Below, piece after piece: positions 11,745 through 23,734 of a stretch of DNA of 42,728 nt. A program made the position numbers and the translations under genes. The notes under the pieces were generated by a model. It ran no database searches, was not told the origin of the DNA, and worked only from the letters and a program-made list of their open reading frames with translations. The stretch's first letter is position 1; each line of letters begins with the position of its first letter. Source of the stretch: Chiloscyllium plagiosum (taxonomy: Eukaryota); contig NC_057720.1 in the NCBI RefSeq assembly GCF_004010195.1, positions 2,007,295 through 2,050,022 on the forward strand. The letters run 5' to 3'.

Positions 11745-12725
11745 ATAGACATCCTGGGAATTATCATTGACTAGAAATTCAATTGGACTCTCATATAAGC
11801 ACAATGGCTACAATAGCAGGTCAGATGCTGAGAAAACTGCAGCGATTGACTCACCTCCTGACTCCCCAGAGCTTGTCCATCATGTAAACGAGTCAGGAGT
11901 GTGATGGAATACTCCCCACTTGCCTGGATGGGTGCAGCTCCAACAACACTCAAGAAGCTCAACACCATCCAGATCAAAGCAGTCTGCCTGATTGGTACCA
12001 CATCCACAAACATCCACTCCCTACACCAGATATACTGCAGAAATTCATCAAAGATCCTCAAACAGCACCTTCCAAACCCATGACCACTTCCAGCTAGAAG
12101 GACAAAGACAGCAGGTAAATGAGAACATTACCACCTGCAAGTTCCCCTTCAAGCCACTCACTATCCTGACTTTAGTTTTCTTCAGTTACAGAATCTGGTC
12201 ACTGGCTGGACTCGCATTTATTGCCCTCCCTACATGCTCAGATGACAGTTAAGAGTCAACCCCATTGCTGTGGGTCCGGAGTCAAATGTAGGCCAGACCA
12301 GGTAAGGATGGCAGTTTCCTTCCCTAAAGAGCATTAGTGACTCAGATGGGTTTTTCTGACAATCAACAATGGTTCCATGGTCATCATTAGACCCTCAATT
12401 CCAGATTTTTATTGAATTTCAATCATGTACCAAGCAGGATTCAAGCCCAGGTCCCCAAAACATTACCTAGGTCTTTGGATAAATAGTCTTGTGATCATAC
12501 CACTAGGCCATCACCTCTCTGACTTGGAAATATATCGCTGTTCCTTCAATGTCGCTGTGTCAAAATCCTGGAATTCCCTCCTGGAGGGAATTGAGAGTCA
12601 ACCTACAGCGCATGGACTGCAGTGGTTCAAGAAGGCAGTTCCCCCCTGACCTTCTCAAGGGGGAAATAGGGACGGGCAGTAAATGCTCAGCCAGCAAGGC
12701 CCACAACCTGTGAATGAACTTTAAA
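11745..12725 (+). mobile_element. LINE family 2 3' portion, interrupted by a family 2 SINE
   Basis: MEYSPLAWMGAAPTTLKKLNTIQIKAVCLIG; SKSWNSL; tail TAGGGACGGGCAGTAAATGC...TGTGAATGAA. Confidence 0.75.
12173..12518 (-). mobile_element. tRNA-derived SINE, family 2, with 7-bp TSD
   Basis: Near full-length; CTGACTT duplicated at 12166-12172 and 12519-12525. Confidence 0.8.
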
Positions 12726-15333
12726 AATGGCTAGTCCAGTGGCAGTATCACTACACCAGCACCTCAGAGCAATACTTCACAGGACGGCTGACAAAAGCAC
12801 ACCAGATTCAATGGGTAACTCTCTATATGACCTTGAGTAACCCTACCATCAGCGCATAATTAAACATTATTGATTGACAATTAACACAATCTAGTTGGGC
12901 TGAATGGCCTATTTGCACCTGTAGATACGACATATCATCTCATTTCTCAAAGATGATAATGGCACCAATTGTAACAGGCAGGAAGCTGGTTAAGAAAAGA
13001 AGTGGAAAATTGCATGATGTTCCCTTTGACACTTTGTGTGGCTTGGTCCTCAAATTACGGGCTGCTTTTCATGCACAAACTCTCCTCGAATTCTTCAAAG
13101 GATGCTGAGTATCCAATTTGATGGATAAAGGAGATGATTGTCAAAAGGTGATTCTGAAGTGAAAGTAACATCTGATCCTGGGATGTTTTGCTAGGGGTGT
13201 GAGATTATTAGGGATACGCAGGAATGGGGTTAAAATCAGATCAGCCACGGTCTCACTGAATAGCAGAGCAGCCTCCTCTTTCTCCTTGTTAGTATTTTCA
13301 AGCCAACGTGACAAATGAGATGGGTAACTAACTTGATGGGTTTTAAAATGCTTTCCTTGTGGTCAAGGTATTTTGGTACAATTTATTTATTTGTTCAATA
13401 AACTTGCACCACATTCATTTCCAAATGGTGATACCCACACCAGCGATTAAAGTGTTGTACTTGGCGCACAAATCAATCTTAAAGGTTGACTTATATACCA
13501 CATCGACAGAGCTATTCCTCAGGAAATTCATACTCAGCTGCCATTCTCAACAGAATTGAATGAAAAAACATATTGCTGCAGACAGAAGTACATTCATATT
13601 TTTCTTCAACGTTTAAAATTATCAAAGTGTTTTCATTAGAGTACATGGGGAAAAATAAAGTCCATTGGCAAAAGTGTGGATAAGCAGAAGACAAAGATTA
13701 AGTTAACTGGAAAATGAACTGATGAGAGCTAGGGATTTTTTTTATCAACACAGTGAGTTGTTGGGATCTGGAAGGTGTTGTCAGAAAGGCTGGTGGAAGC
13801 AGATGCAATTAGAACTTTCCAAAAGGAATAAGAAAAATATTGGGGAAGGAACATTGCAAGAGACTGTGGGAGAAAGTGAAGAGGGAGAGTATTACTGAAT
13901 TTGATGGGATTTTCAAAACTCCAGGCCCAGCCAAACACACCTCTTTGGTGTATCATCGGCATTTCATCTCAAAGAAACACGTGTTGGTAACAGTGAACTT
14001 GTCAGTAATCCAAAACACAATACACTTTGCCATCCAATTGCAAAGTGTAGAAAGTCAGTCATTCTCAATGCCAGCGGGCAGACAGAGTAAGGTCTGACGC
14101 CAACTGACAAGATGTACTTGCAACAGCCTCAAATACATTTCTATTCTTAGCTTGTTGTTTTTCACAAATCAATATGTGGACAGGTAATCAGCTGTTTTTT
14201 TTTCTTTAAACAGACTGTTTTTTTTCTCTTTCTGTCAGTAAGTCAGTCACCTGAAGATGGAAGTCTCAGTCTGTTTGGAACAAACTGTCAAAGAGATGGA
14301 ACTGTATCATCCAGAATCCTCACCCACCCTGGGGCATCAGTTGACAAACAATCACTCAGAGAAACACACAAACCTCAAGTCATCCTGAAGTAAGTGCTTT
14401 TGGGCAAAAATTGAGCCTGCAGAGAATGCAATAGCTTAACAAAATATGTATTCAATCCATTTTCACAGCAACTTGCACCTTCTAGTGCTTCTAATGGAGA
14501 GCCTCTTGATAGGAAAAGCTGATGAAGAACTGCCGAGTTTGGATTCAATCACCTCCTGAGGAACTGAGTAAGGAAATAAGGTTTCTTCGACAACCAATCT
14601 TATTGGGCCCGATTGATCTGTTGTGATCCATGCTCTGAGGCTTGATCTGGGTGACAAATTCCAAAACCGGGGATCACAGTCAAAGGATACAGGGTAGGCC
14701 ATTTAGGATGGAGATGAGGAAAAATCTCTTCACCCAGAGAGTGGGCAGCCTATAGAATTCACTGCCTCAGAAAGCAGTTGAGGCCAAAGTATTGAATGTT
14801 TTCAAGAAGTATGGTGTACTGTTTAAAGCTAAATGGATCAAAGGGTATAGGGAGAAAGTGGGAACAGGGTATTGTTGATGATTGTGAATTGGATAATCAG
14901 GCTCGGTCATATTAATTGGTGGGGTCAGCTCAAAGCGTCTACTCCTGCTCCTGACTCTATGAAACAAATGGAACTGAAGACCAATAAATCCCCTGGACCT
15001 AATCGGATACATCCAAGGATATTAAAGAAAGTAGCTGGAGAGATAGTGGATGCACTGGGAGTAATTTTCCAGGAATTCTAAGATTCTGGAAGAGTTCCAG
15101 AGGATTGGAAAACTGCCAACGTAACACTTTTATTTCAAAGGAATGGAGACAAAAGCAGGGAACTAGGCCAGCTTAGTTTGTTCCAGCTTAGTTTGATGCC
15201 TGTTGTTGGGAAAATGTTAGAAGCTTTTTTAAAGGATGGTTGCTCAGTTATTGGAAGGATACTATCAAGCTGAAGTGGGTTTGGGGAGATTTATCAGGAT
15301 GTTTCCAGGTATGGAAGGTTTGAATTTATAAAG

Positions 15334-15568
15334 TTAAAAATCACGCAACACCAGATTATAGTCCAACAGGTTTAATTGGAAGCACTAGCTCTCGGAGCGA
15401 TGCTCCTTCATCAGATGCTCCTTCATCAGATGCTCCTTCATCAACCACCTGATGAAGGAGCAGCGCTCCGAAAGCTAGTGCTTCCAATTAAACCTGTTGG
15501 ACTATAACCTGGTGTTGTGTGATTTTTAACTTTGTACACCCCAGTCCAACACTGGCATCTCCGAATCA
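15334..15568. mobile_element. Palindromic mini Penelope-like insertion (family B) with 13-bp TSD
   Basis: TGAATTTATAAAG at 15321-15333 and 15569-15581; inverted arms; same sequence as 2897-3110 in opposite orientation. Confidence 0.8.
15446..15480 (+). ncRNA. Minimal type I hammerhead ribozyme motif (PLE family B)
   Basis: CAC-CTGATGA(15449-55)-A-GGAGC-AGC-GCTCC-GAAA(15470-73)-G-CTA/GTG; stem I CAC:GTG, 5-bp stem II, AGCT palindrome. Confidence 0.75.
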
Positions 15569-16221
15569 TGAATTTATAAAGAAAGGCTGGATAGGCTGGG
15601 ACGTTTTTCACTGGAGCATAGGAGGTTAAGAGGTGACCTTATAGAAGTTTATCAAACCATGAGGGGTATGGTAGGGTTAATGGCAAGTGTCTTTTCCCTT
15701 GGATGGGGGATTTTAAGACAAGGGGGCACATTTTTAAGGTGAGAGGAGAGAGATTTAAAAAAAGACATGGAGGCAATTTTTTACACAGAGTGTGGATTTC
15801 CTGTGGAATGAACTGCTTGAGGAAGTGGTGGATGTGGGTACAATTACAACATTTAAAGATATTTGGATAAGTACATGGATAAGAATGATTTGGAGAGATA
15901 CTAGCCAGGAGCAGACAGGTGGGGCTAGTTTAGTTTGGGATTATAAGTGGAATAGACTGGTTAGAGTGAAGGTTATGCTGTGTGATTCTATGACTCTCTG
16001 TAATAGCAGAGCATTTAGAAATAGATAATATGATCAAGCAGAATCAGCAGGGCTTCATGAAGGAGAAATGGTGCCTGAAATATTTACTAATCTTCTTTGA
16101 AGAGGAAACAAAGGTGAATAATGAGAGGATGTTTACCCTCATGGGAGAATCTAGCACCACAGGGCAAATAATTTCAGACTGAGATGAGGAGGAATGTCTT
16201 CTGTCAGAGGGTTCAGAGTCT

Positions 16222-16603
16222 TTGGAAAGGCTGAGGCACTTGGGGTTGTTTTCAATGGAGAAAAGAAGGTTTGGGGGTGACTTGATAGAGGTGTACAAGA
16301 TGATTAGGGGTTTAGATAGGGTCGACAGTGAGAATCTTTTTCCACGTATGGAGTCAGCTATTACAAGGGGGCATAGCTTTAAATTAAGGGGGGTAGGTAT
16401 AGGACAGATAGGGGTAGGTTCTTTACTCAGCGAGTCGTGAATTCATGGAATGCCCTGCCAGTAGCAGTGGTGGACTCTCCCTCATTGGATAGGCATATGG
16501 AGGATAGTGGGCTAGTGTAGGTTAGGTGGGCTTGGATCGGCGCAACATCGAGGGCCGAAGGGCCTGTACTGCGCTGTATTCTTCTATGTTCTATGTTCTA
16601 TGT
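16222..16603 (+). mobile_element. Young 5'-truncated CR1 copy
   Basis: ERLRHLGLFSMEKRRFGGDLIEVYKMIRGLD; (TTCTATG)3 tail. Confidence 0.85.
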
Positions 16604-16963
16604 TTTGCACAGAGAGCTGGACCACAGTGCTTATGTATATTTAAGCTGAGCTTTGTAGTTTCTCGACTGGTCAGGAATCAATGATTACAGGAGAAAGAGC
16701 AAGGAAGTGGATGTGAGAAATGTCAGATCAGCCATGATCGTATTGAATAGTGGGGCAGGCTTGAAGGGCCGAATAGCCTACTCCTGTTCCTATTTCTTAT
16801 AGTCAAACATTGACCTGAGGTTCTGGATTGGCCAATGACATTACCACTGCCTCCCCTGTAACTTTGCCTCTATTCACATCACCTACTACTTCCTCAAAGA
16901 ATACTAGTTGGTTCGATTTTCCTTTTACAAGGACATGTTGACTTTGCCTGCTCCTTGAGTTGG

Positions 16964-17305
16964 AACATAGAACATAGAGCATTACAGCACAGTACAGGGT
17001 CTTCGGCCCTCGATGTTGCGCCGACAGGTTATAACAATCTGAAGTCCATCTAACCTACACTATTCCATTCTCATCCAGATGCCTATCCAATGACCATTTA
17101 AATGCCCTTAAAGTTGGCGCGTTTACTACTGTTGCAGGTAGTGCATTCCATGCCCCTACTACTCTGAGTAAAGAAACTACCTCTGACATCTGTCCTAAAT
17201 CTATCACCCCTCAATTTGAAGCTATGCCTCCTTGTGCTCGCCATCACCATCTGAGGAAAAAGGCTCTCACTGTCCACCCTATCTAACCCTCTGATTATCT
17301 TATAT
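16964..17305 (-). mobile_element. CR1 3' fragment
   Basis: YKIIRGLDRVDSESLFPQMVMASTRRHSFKLRGDRFRTDVRGSFFTQ; reverse tail AACATAGAACATAG. Confidence 0.85.
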
Positions 17306-17661
17306 AATGACACCCCTTTGTAAGTAATTAGCTGCTGTTTTGCAGAATGGAAGACAGGATTTTAAAGGTTGTCACACTGGGCTTTTCAGAGCTCTGTGCA
17401 TGGAGACATCAGATATTCCCTCTCTCATGGAACATGACAGCAGCTCAGCAAGTCACAGGTGAGACATTGTGCACCAACGCATGGAGGCACATGGTGGGGC
17501 TGGAGTTATGTGGCCTTGACACAGGCCTCTGACTGGTATTTAGCTGCATGGACACTACCCTGGCATAGCAACTATAGGACCACAATGGCGAACAGTATTC
17601 TGTAATGAAGTAGACCAGGGTCACTTTGCATTGTTAAATATTCAGACACTGCTCCCCAAGA

Positions 17662-17930
17662 CTCGGGTAACTGTCTGTGTGGTGTTTGCACATTCTCCCC
17701 GTGTCTGCGTGGGTTTCCCCTGGGTGCTCCAGTTTCCTCCCACAGTCCAAGGATGTACCTGTTAAGTGAATTGGCCATGCTAAATTGTCAATAGTGTTCA
17801 GAGATGTGTCAGTTAGGTGCATTAGTTAAGAGTAAATGTACAGTAATAGTATAGGGGAATGGGTCTGGGTGGGTTACTCTTTGGAGGGCCAAATGCCTGT
17901 TTCTACACTGTAGGGTTTCTAGGATTCTAT
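17662..17930 (+). mobile_element. HE1-type V-SINE (5'-truncated)
   Basis: TTTGCACATTCTCCCCGTGTCTGCGTGGGTTTCC V-domain plus CR1-like tail. Confidence 0.8.
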
Positions 17931-17934
17931 GACA

Positions 17935-18190
17935 CTGGTTCGATCTCAGCTGGAGTATTGTACGCAGTTCTGGGAGGCATGATACAGGAAGGATGGGGAG
18001 AGAGTGCAGAAGTGATTTACAAGAATAGTGCCAGGAAGGGAACACTTCAGCCATGATGATAGATTGAAGATGTTGTTCTCCTTGGAGAGAAGACAACTGA
18101 GAGGTTTTCATCATGAGCAGGCTACTCAGAGTGGACAGAGAGGGAGAGAGAGAGTGTGTTCTTGTCAATGTTCAGAAAAGGATTAAGAGG
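17935..18190 (+). mobile_element. Old CR1 RT fragment
   Basis: LVRSQLEYCTQFW-like (CTGGTTCGATCTCAGCTGGAGTATTGT). Confidence 0.55.
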
Positions 18191-18474
18191 CAGTCTCAAT
18201 GTTGATGTAGGAAGCAGATCAGAGCTACCTCTTCCTTCACTTATACCTACCTCCTTCCTGGGGTTCTAAAAGCAGTGTTTTAACCATTTAGAGATATACT
18301 GTTTGACCGCATTGTAGATCATAGACAGAAGGTCAGTGGGATGTTAAGCATAAGAACATAAGAATATTAGTGAATCTTGAGTGACATTAAACTCTGTCAT
18401 AATCTCTCATTACTCTGGGATCACTGGTGTGGCAATTACTCCTTTGTGTGGTCAGATGTGGCTTTTATCATGTT

Positions 18475-18700
18475 ACTCATTCACATAACATAGGTATCGT
18501 TGGCTGGACCAACTTTTACTGCCCGTCCCTAACTGCCCGTGAGAAGATGGTGGAGAGCTGTCTTCTTGAACTGCTGCTGTAGGTTCACCCACAATGTTCT
18601 CAGGGAGGGAATTCCAGGTTTTTGACCCAAGGAACGTGAGGGAACAGCGATATATTTCCAAGTCAGGATGGTGTGTGGCTCAGTGGGGAACCTACAGGGG
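18475..18700 (-). mobile_element. LINE family 2 3' end
   Basis: EIYRCSLTFLGSKTWNSLP; homologous to 12520-12720. Confidence 0.7.
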
Positions 18701-19020
18701 ATAATCCTGACAGTCCCCTAGTCACCATAGTTGTCTGGGAGGATGATATTCCCTGACTTGTTTTGTTGACAGTGTAGCGACTGATAAAATTTATATCTTG
18801 GTTTCAAGACAGACATGGCCATCAGCAACTTCATCCTCCACACCGATGCTGCGTCAGTGTTGTGAGTGGCAAAAGTTGTTCAAAATTTTCTGTGAAGCAG
18901 AGGTGGGTATTCCTTATGACTGTAGAGGGGAACATGTTTGTTTGACTTTGGAAGTGAGATGGGGTCAGAAATAAGTGATAAGTCTCTTAATCACTTGACG
19001 ATGTTTTGGTATCTCCACAG

Positions 19021-19365
19021 GGGAGACAATGGCCTGGTGGTACAGTCGTTAGATTGTTAATCCAGAAACTCAGTTAATGTTCTGGGGACCCAGATTCAAA
19101 TTTCTGCCATGGTGGAATTTGAATTTTTAAAAAATATATGGAATTAAGAATCTACTGATGACAATGAAACCATTATCGATTGTCATAAAAACCCACTTGG
19201 GTCACTAATGTCCTTTAGGGAAGGAAATCTGCTACCTTGTCTGACCTACATATGACTCCAGACCCACAGCAATGTGGTTGACTCTCAACTGTCCTCTGGG
19301 CAACTAGGGATGGGCAATAAATGCTGGCCTGACCAGTGATGCCCTCATCCTGGGTACCAATAAAG
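19021..19365 (+). mobile_element. tRNA-derived SINE, family 2, full length
   Basis: TGGCCTGGTGG A-box, AGATTCAAAT degenerate B-box, tail GGGCAACTAGGGATGGGCAATAAATGCTGGCC. Confidence 0.75.
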
Positions 19366-19519
19366 GAAAACAAAGTCAGGGATGCTGCAGAAAATTCTGT
19401 GGGTGGTCACTGAATGGTCACCTGATGGTCAGCAGTTTGTAGGTATTCCTCGTGATTGCCCTGTCCATCTGACGATCAGAAACAGTCAGCTCTCTGGCCA
19501 AACTGGAACATCAAACTCT

Positions 19520-19885
19520 ATTAGATTACGTTACCTACAGTACGGAAACAGGCCCTTCGGTCCAACAAGTCCCCACCGACCCTCCAAGAGTAACCCACCC
19601 AGACCCATTCCCCTACACTACATTCACGTCAATTTTCCTGCTCTCGGATGCTGCCTGAACTGCTGTGCTTTTCCAGCACTTCTCTAATCTACACACAGGC
19701 AGTTGCCCAAGGCTGGAATTGAACCAGGGTGCCTGCGCTGTGAGGCAGCAGTGCTAACCACTGAGCCACCGTGCATTAGTCAGGGGTAAATGTGGGGAAT
19801 GGGTCTAGGTGGGTAACTCTTTGGAGGGTCAGTGTGGACTTGTTGGGCCGAAGGGCCTGTTTCCATACTGTAGGGAATCTAATCA
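19520..19885. mobile_element. HE1 SINE (-) interrupted by a PLE fragment (19626-19690), followed by an HE1 tail (+)
   Basis: Reverse HE1 tail/head 19520-19772; forward tail 19771-19885; ACGTCAATTTTCCTGCTCTCGGATGCTGCC is PLE family A. Confidence 0.75.
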
Positions 19886-20325
19886 TCTAACCTAATCATT
19901 TAGATGTATCAGGGCAACTGACCAAAGGCTTGACCTTTGAAGAGTATGGGGAGTGGGTGTCGTTTGGGAGGGAATTCCAGAGATTACGGTCCTAGGGACC
20001 TGAAGGCACAGCTGCCACAGCGGTGAAATAGCAAACAGTAAAAGGTCTAGACCACCAATGCTAATGTCTGACATAGAGAACACAGACTTACAAATAAAAG
20101 TTGGCCATTCAGCCCCTCAAGCTTGCTCTTCTATTCAACTGGATCTTCACTGGTCTAATTGTGTTCCAAATTCCACATTCCCATCTGTATCCAATGATCC
20201 TGGGGATTCACCTGCCTAACAAGAATCTCCCCATCAATGTCTTAAAAATACTCAAATGACTCCACCTCCATCATCCTCTGTGACAGAAAGATCCAAAGTT
20301 GGCCAACCCTCAGAGATTTCCCCTC

Positions 20326-20608
20326 TAGATTAGATTAGATTACATTACAGTGTGGAAACAGGCCCTTCGGCCCAACAGACCACACCGACCCGCAACCCAC
20401 CCATACCCCTACATTTACCCCTTACCTAACACTACGGGCAATTTAGCATGGCCAATTCACCTGACCTGCACATCTTTGGACTGTGGAAGGAAACCGGAGC
20501 ACCCAGAGGAAACCCACGCAGACACGGGGAGAACGTGCAAACTCCACACAGACAGTCACCTGAGGCGGGAATTGAACCCGGGTCTCCGGTGCTAACCACT
20601 GTGCCACC
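20326..20608 (-). mobile_element. HE1-type V-SINE inserted in a CR1 tail (20070-20320)
   Basis: (TAGAT)n tail, V-domain, GGCGGGAATTGAACCCGGG. Confidence 0.85.
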
Positions 20609-21602
20609 CTCATCAGAGGACAACCCTAATTTTAAACCTGTGATCTCCAGTTCTGGGTGCTGGGTTGTCAAAATTAAAGTACGACCATGCAATTTTCAAC
20701 TTTGACACTTCCAGTCACGTTGTCGAGTTGCATTGGCATAGCACCTTTTATGTGACTAAACATCCCAAGATATTTTACTGGAGCGGCAATTTGACAGAAC
20801 CAGTCACCAAGTCAAATATGAAGCAATTCAGATAGGAGACCAAATATCAGCTTTAAGGAGCTTTTGAAAGGGAAAGAGGAAGAAGGATTTTTTTAAAAGT
20901 GAATGCTTGGAGTGAGTGGCATTCCATACCACCCTCTTTTGGATAAATCAAGAGCATATGTGACAGCAGAACACCTCATTAATATTGAGAAAAGTCTTTT
21001 ACATAATGATGTAAGTACCCGGTTTAGGTTCGTCTGAAACTGCAGAAACCATCTGCTTCATAATTTAATCATTTCAGCGCAGTCGTTCATTCAACTTGCC
21101 ACAGCCAGTGGAACATGGGACAGATTAACTTACAGCAGTCAAGCGCAACGGGATAAAGAATATCAAAAAGATTTAAACATAGCCAACGAATCGATATTTT
21201 TCCATTTGTGTCCAAACTGAGAAACCCTGGCAGACTCGCACACACCAAAACATCTGTCTGTGAATTGACAAAGAGTCTCTGTGTTAAGACTCTGTGGAGA
21301 TGATTGGTTTGGCCATTGAAATTCAAGACCTACCCTTGACTGATATTTACAGCTTCAACTGTACAGTGACACGGTTCAGACTCGATCTTTGGAGAAATAT
21401 CTGTTTGTCAGTCATTGCTCATGACTCCTAATGAACACTTTTAATTCTATTCCACTTCAAGCCCATGTTCCTGCCAACTCCAAGCTTACAACAGCTGATA
21501 CCCATCTCACTCACTCATCACCTACTCACTCTTTGGGAAATTCTGTCAAAGTGGCTTGCTTTCTTCAAACTGCCTCAAAACTCCTGTTACCATCAGAACA
21601 AC

Positions 21603-21779
21603 AGGGTACTCCAGTTTCCTCCCACAGTCCAAAGATTCGCAGGGTAGGGTGAATTGGCCATGCTAAATTGTCCATAGTGTTAGGTGCATTAGTCAGAGGG
21701 AAATGGGTCTGGGTGGGTTACTCTTCAGAGGGTCGGTGTGGACTAGTTGGGCCACACTAGGGAATCTAATCTAATCTAA
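21603..21779 (+). mobile_element. HE1-type SINE 3' half
   Basis: TTTCCTCCCACAGTCCAAAGAT...GGAATCTAATCTAATCTAA. Confidence 0.8.
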
Positions 21780-21929
21780 GAGCATTGTGAAGGGCTCAAA
21801 TGGTATAGGGTGTATGGAGATGAGATAGAGAATCAGCCATGATTCATCTCAACTAGTGGAGCAGGCTTAATGGGCAGAATGGTCTATTTCTGCTCCGACT
21901 TTCTATGCTTCTAGTTGCATTCAGATAGG

Positions 21930-22370
21930 ACCTTTAACATTGCAGAATGCCAGAACACTTCATAACAGCAACAGTCAAAGAAAATTGACACATGGAGGGA
22001 TTGGGATAGGTGACCAAAGGCTTGCTCAAAAGAGTTTGCTTTTAAGAAGCATTTTTAAGGAGGACAGAGAGAGAGGGTGTCGGAGAGACTTAAGGAGGGA
22101 ATTTGAGAGCTGAGGACCTGGGCAGCTCACCACCACCTTCTCAAGGGCAACTAGGGGTGGGCAATAATTGTTGCCCCAGTCAGTAACGCCCAGGATCTGT
22201 AAGTGAACAAAATAAAACAATTGAGATATGGTCACCAACGATGGAGAAATACAATGGGTCAGTTTTGGAGGAGGCAGAGATTTTGGAGGGTCATGCGGCT
22301 GGAAAAAGGATTTTAGAGGCAATGCTACACAGAAAATGGAGGCTGAGAGCTCAGTGGGGCTTTTTGTGAG
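21930..22370 (-). mobile_element. L2-like fragment containing an inserted LINE/SINE family 2 tail (~22125-22215)
   Basis: GGAGGGAATTTGAGAGCTGAGGACCTGGGCAGCT; CACCACCTTCTCAAGGGCAACTAGGGGTGGGCAATAA. Confidence 0.55.
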
Positions 22371-22394
22371 GTCAGAAACATTGGGGCAGTGTTA

Positions 22395-22655
22395 TATTTA
22401 ATACCTCTTACCAAATGTCTACCCAACCCCTCAATCTTTCCTACTGCTCACTCTATCATCCCATCAGTGCGTCCCCAACCAGGACCCCCTCCCTGTTTGC
22501 ACAAAAGAGCCGGAGAGAGAAGAGTAAGGGTCACCGGACCCGAAATGTTCACTCTGATTTCTCTTCACAGATGCTGCCAGACCAGCTGAGCTTTTCCAGC
22601 AATTTCTGTTTTTGTTTCTGATTTACAGTGTCTCCAGCTCTCTTGGTTTTTACTG
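22395..22655 (+). mobile_element. Penelope-like 3' end / terminal repeat, family E
   Basis: AGGGTC-ACCG-GACCC-GAAA-TGTT...CAGATGCTGCCAGACC...TTTTCCAGCAATTTCTG. Confidence 0.6.
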
Positions 22656-23039
22656 GAAAGAGAGAATGTCTTTGTGTGTGTGCTTCCCCTAGGCAATTAC
22701 TACAGTTGTCAAATCATAAATCATTCTCACATAAACATTTCCAGTTCTTCAAAGTCCTTTCTTGAAACAGGGAAAAAACAATTGGCCCAAACAAGTGCAG
22801 CCCAGTTTCTGAGGGCTGACCCTATCCTTCTCACTGGATTTAGTTAATCACTTCCTTCTCCATACAACCCCTCCAATTGCTGTCTATTTCAGGACCCTCC
22901 CGTATTTCACTAAATTTATCCCATTTGGATTCTCAACTTCCTGATTTTTAAACAGGTGAGATCGGAACTCATTACTCCAGTGACGCAGCAATCAACTTTC
23001 ACAAGTTGCCTTCACCTAAACTCAAAATCTTCAGTTCAT

Positions 23040-23358
23040 TCATAGAGTCCCTACAGTGGGGAAACAGGCCATTCGGCCCATCAAGTCCCCACCGCACCTC
23101 TGAACCCTGCATTTCCCATGGTTAACCCAACTAGCTTACACAACCCTGGGCAATGGGCAATTTCCCGTGGCCAATTGACCTGACCTGCACATCTTCGGAT
23201 TGTGGGAGGAAACTGAAGCACCCGGAGGAAACTCACACAGACTCAGGGGAAATGTGCAAACCACTCACAGACAAAGTTCAGTTCACCGAGGCTGGAATTG
23301 AACCCGGGTACCTGGCACTGTGAGGCAGCAATGCCAGCCACTGAGCTACCCTGCTACT
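23040..23358 (-). mobile_element. HE1-type V-SINE
   Basis: Tail, V-domain and tRNA head GGCTGGAATTGAACCCGGG. Confidence 0.8.
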
Positions 23359-23429
23359 CCCTCTGTTCCCACCTTCCCTCCCTCCCACAAGGTCCCTGAA
23401 CCTGTGGCCCATTCACCTACCTTGGTTCC

Positions 23430-23700
23430 AGAAGCCTAATGCCCCTCATCAAAGCTTTTAATGGCTAATGCCAGTTTGAAATTTCCAGTTGACTGTATGC
23501 TCAGTAATGTTCTCGGGGAGAGAGCTCCTGATTTCCCCAGGCCTTCGCTGTGTGAGGAAGTGGTTCCTGATGTCTTCATTGAGAGTTGAAGATTCTGCCT
23601 CTTGTCCTGGACTCCCACCACCCTTGCCCATCCCATGGAAGAAATGGATTCTCTCTATTGATCCAAACAACTCCTTTCCTTGACTAGTGTGAAAACTAAT
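23430..23700 (-). mobile_element. Old CR1 RT C-terminal fragment
   Basis: DIRNHFLTQRRPGEIRSSLPE resembles CR1 FFTQRVV..WNSLP. Confidence 0.5.
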
Positions 23701-23734
23701 CAGAATCACATCTTCAGGTAGAGGAGCAATTTGG

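Larger units (their letters stand above)
14600..16800 (+). mobile_element. Cluster of nested CR1 LINE fragments
   Basis: KSPGPNRIHPRILKKVAGEIVDAL (pre-RT), WKTANVT, GFMKEK, several RT C-termini and 3' UTRs. Confidence 0.75.

Noticed and set aside
13359..13694. Short ORFs in unique AT-rich sequence
   Set aside because: No recognisable protein or convincing splice-site pair.
15399..15443. Short direct repeats as a CRISPR array
   Set aside because: There are no spacers, the context is eukaryotic and no cas genes are present.
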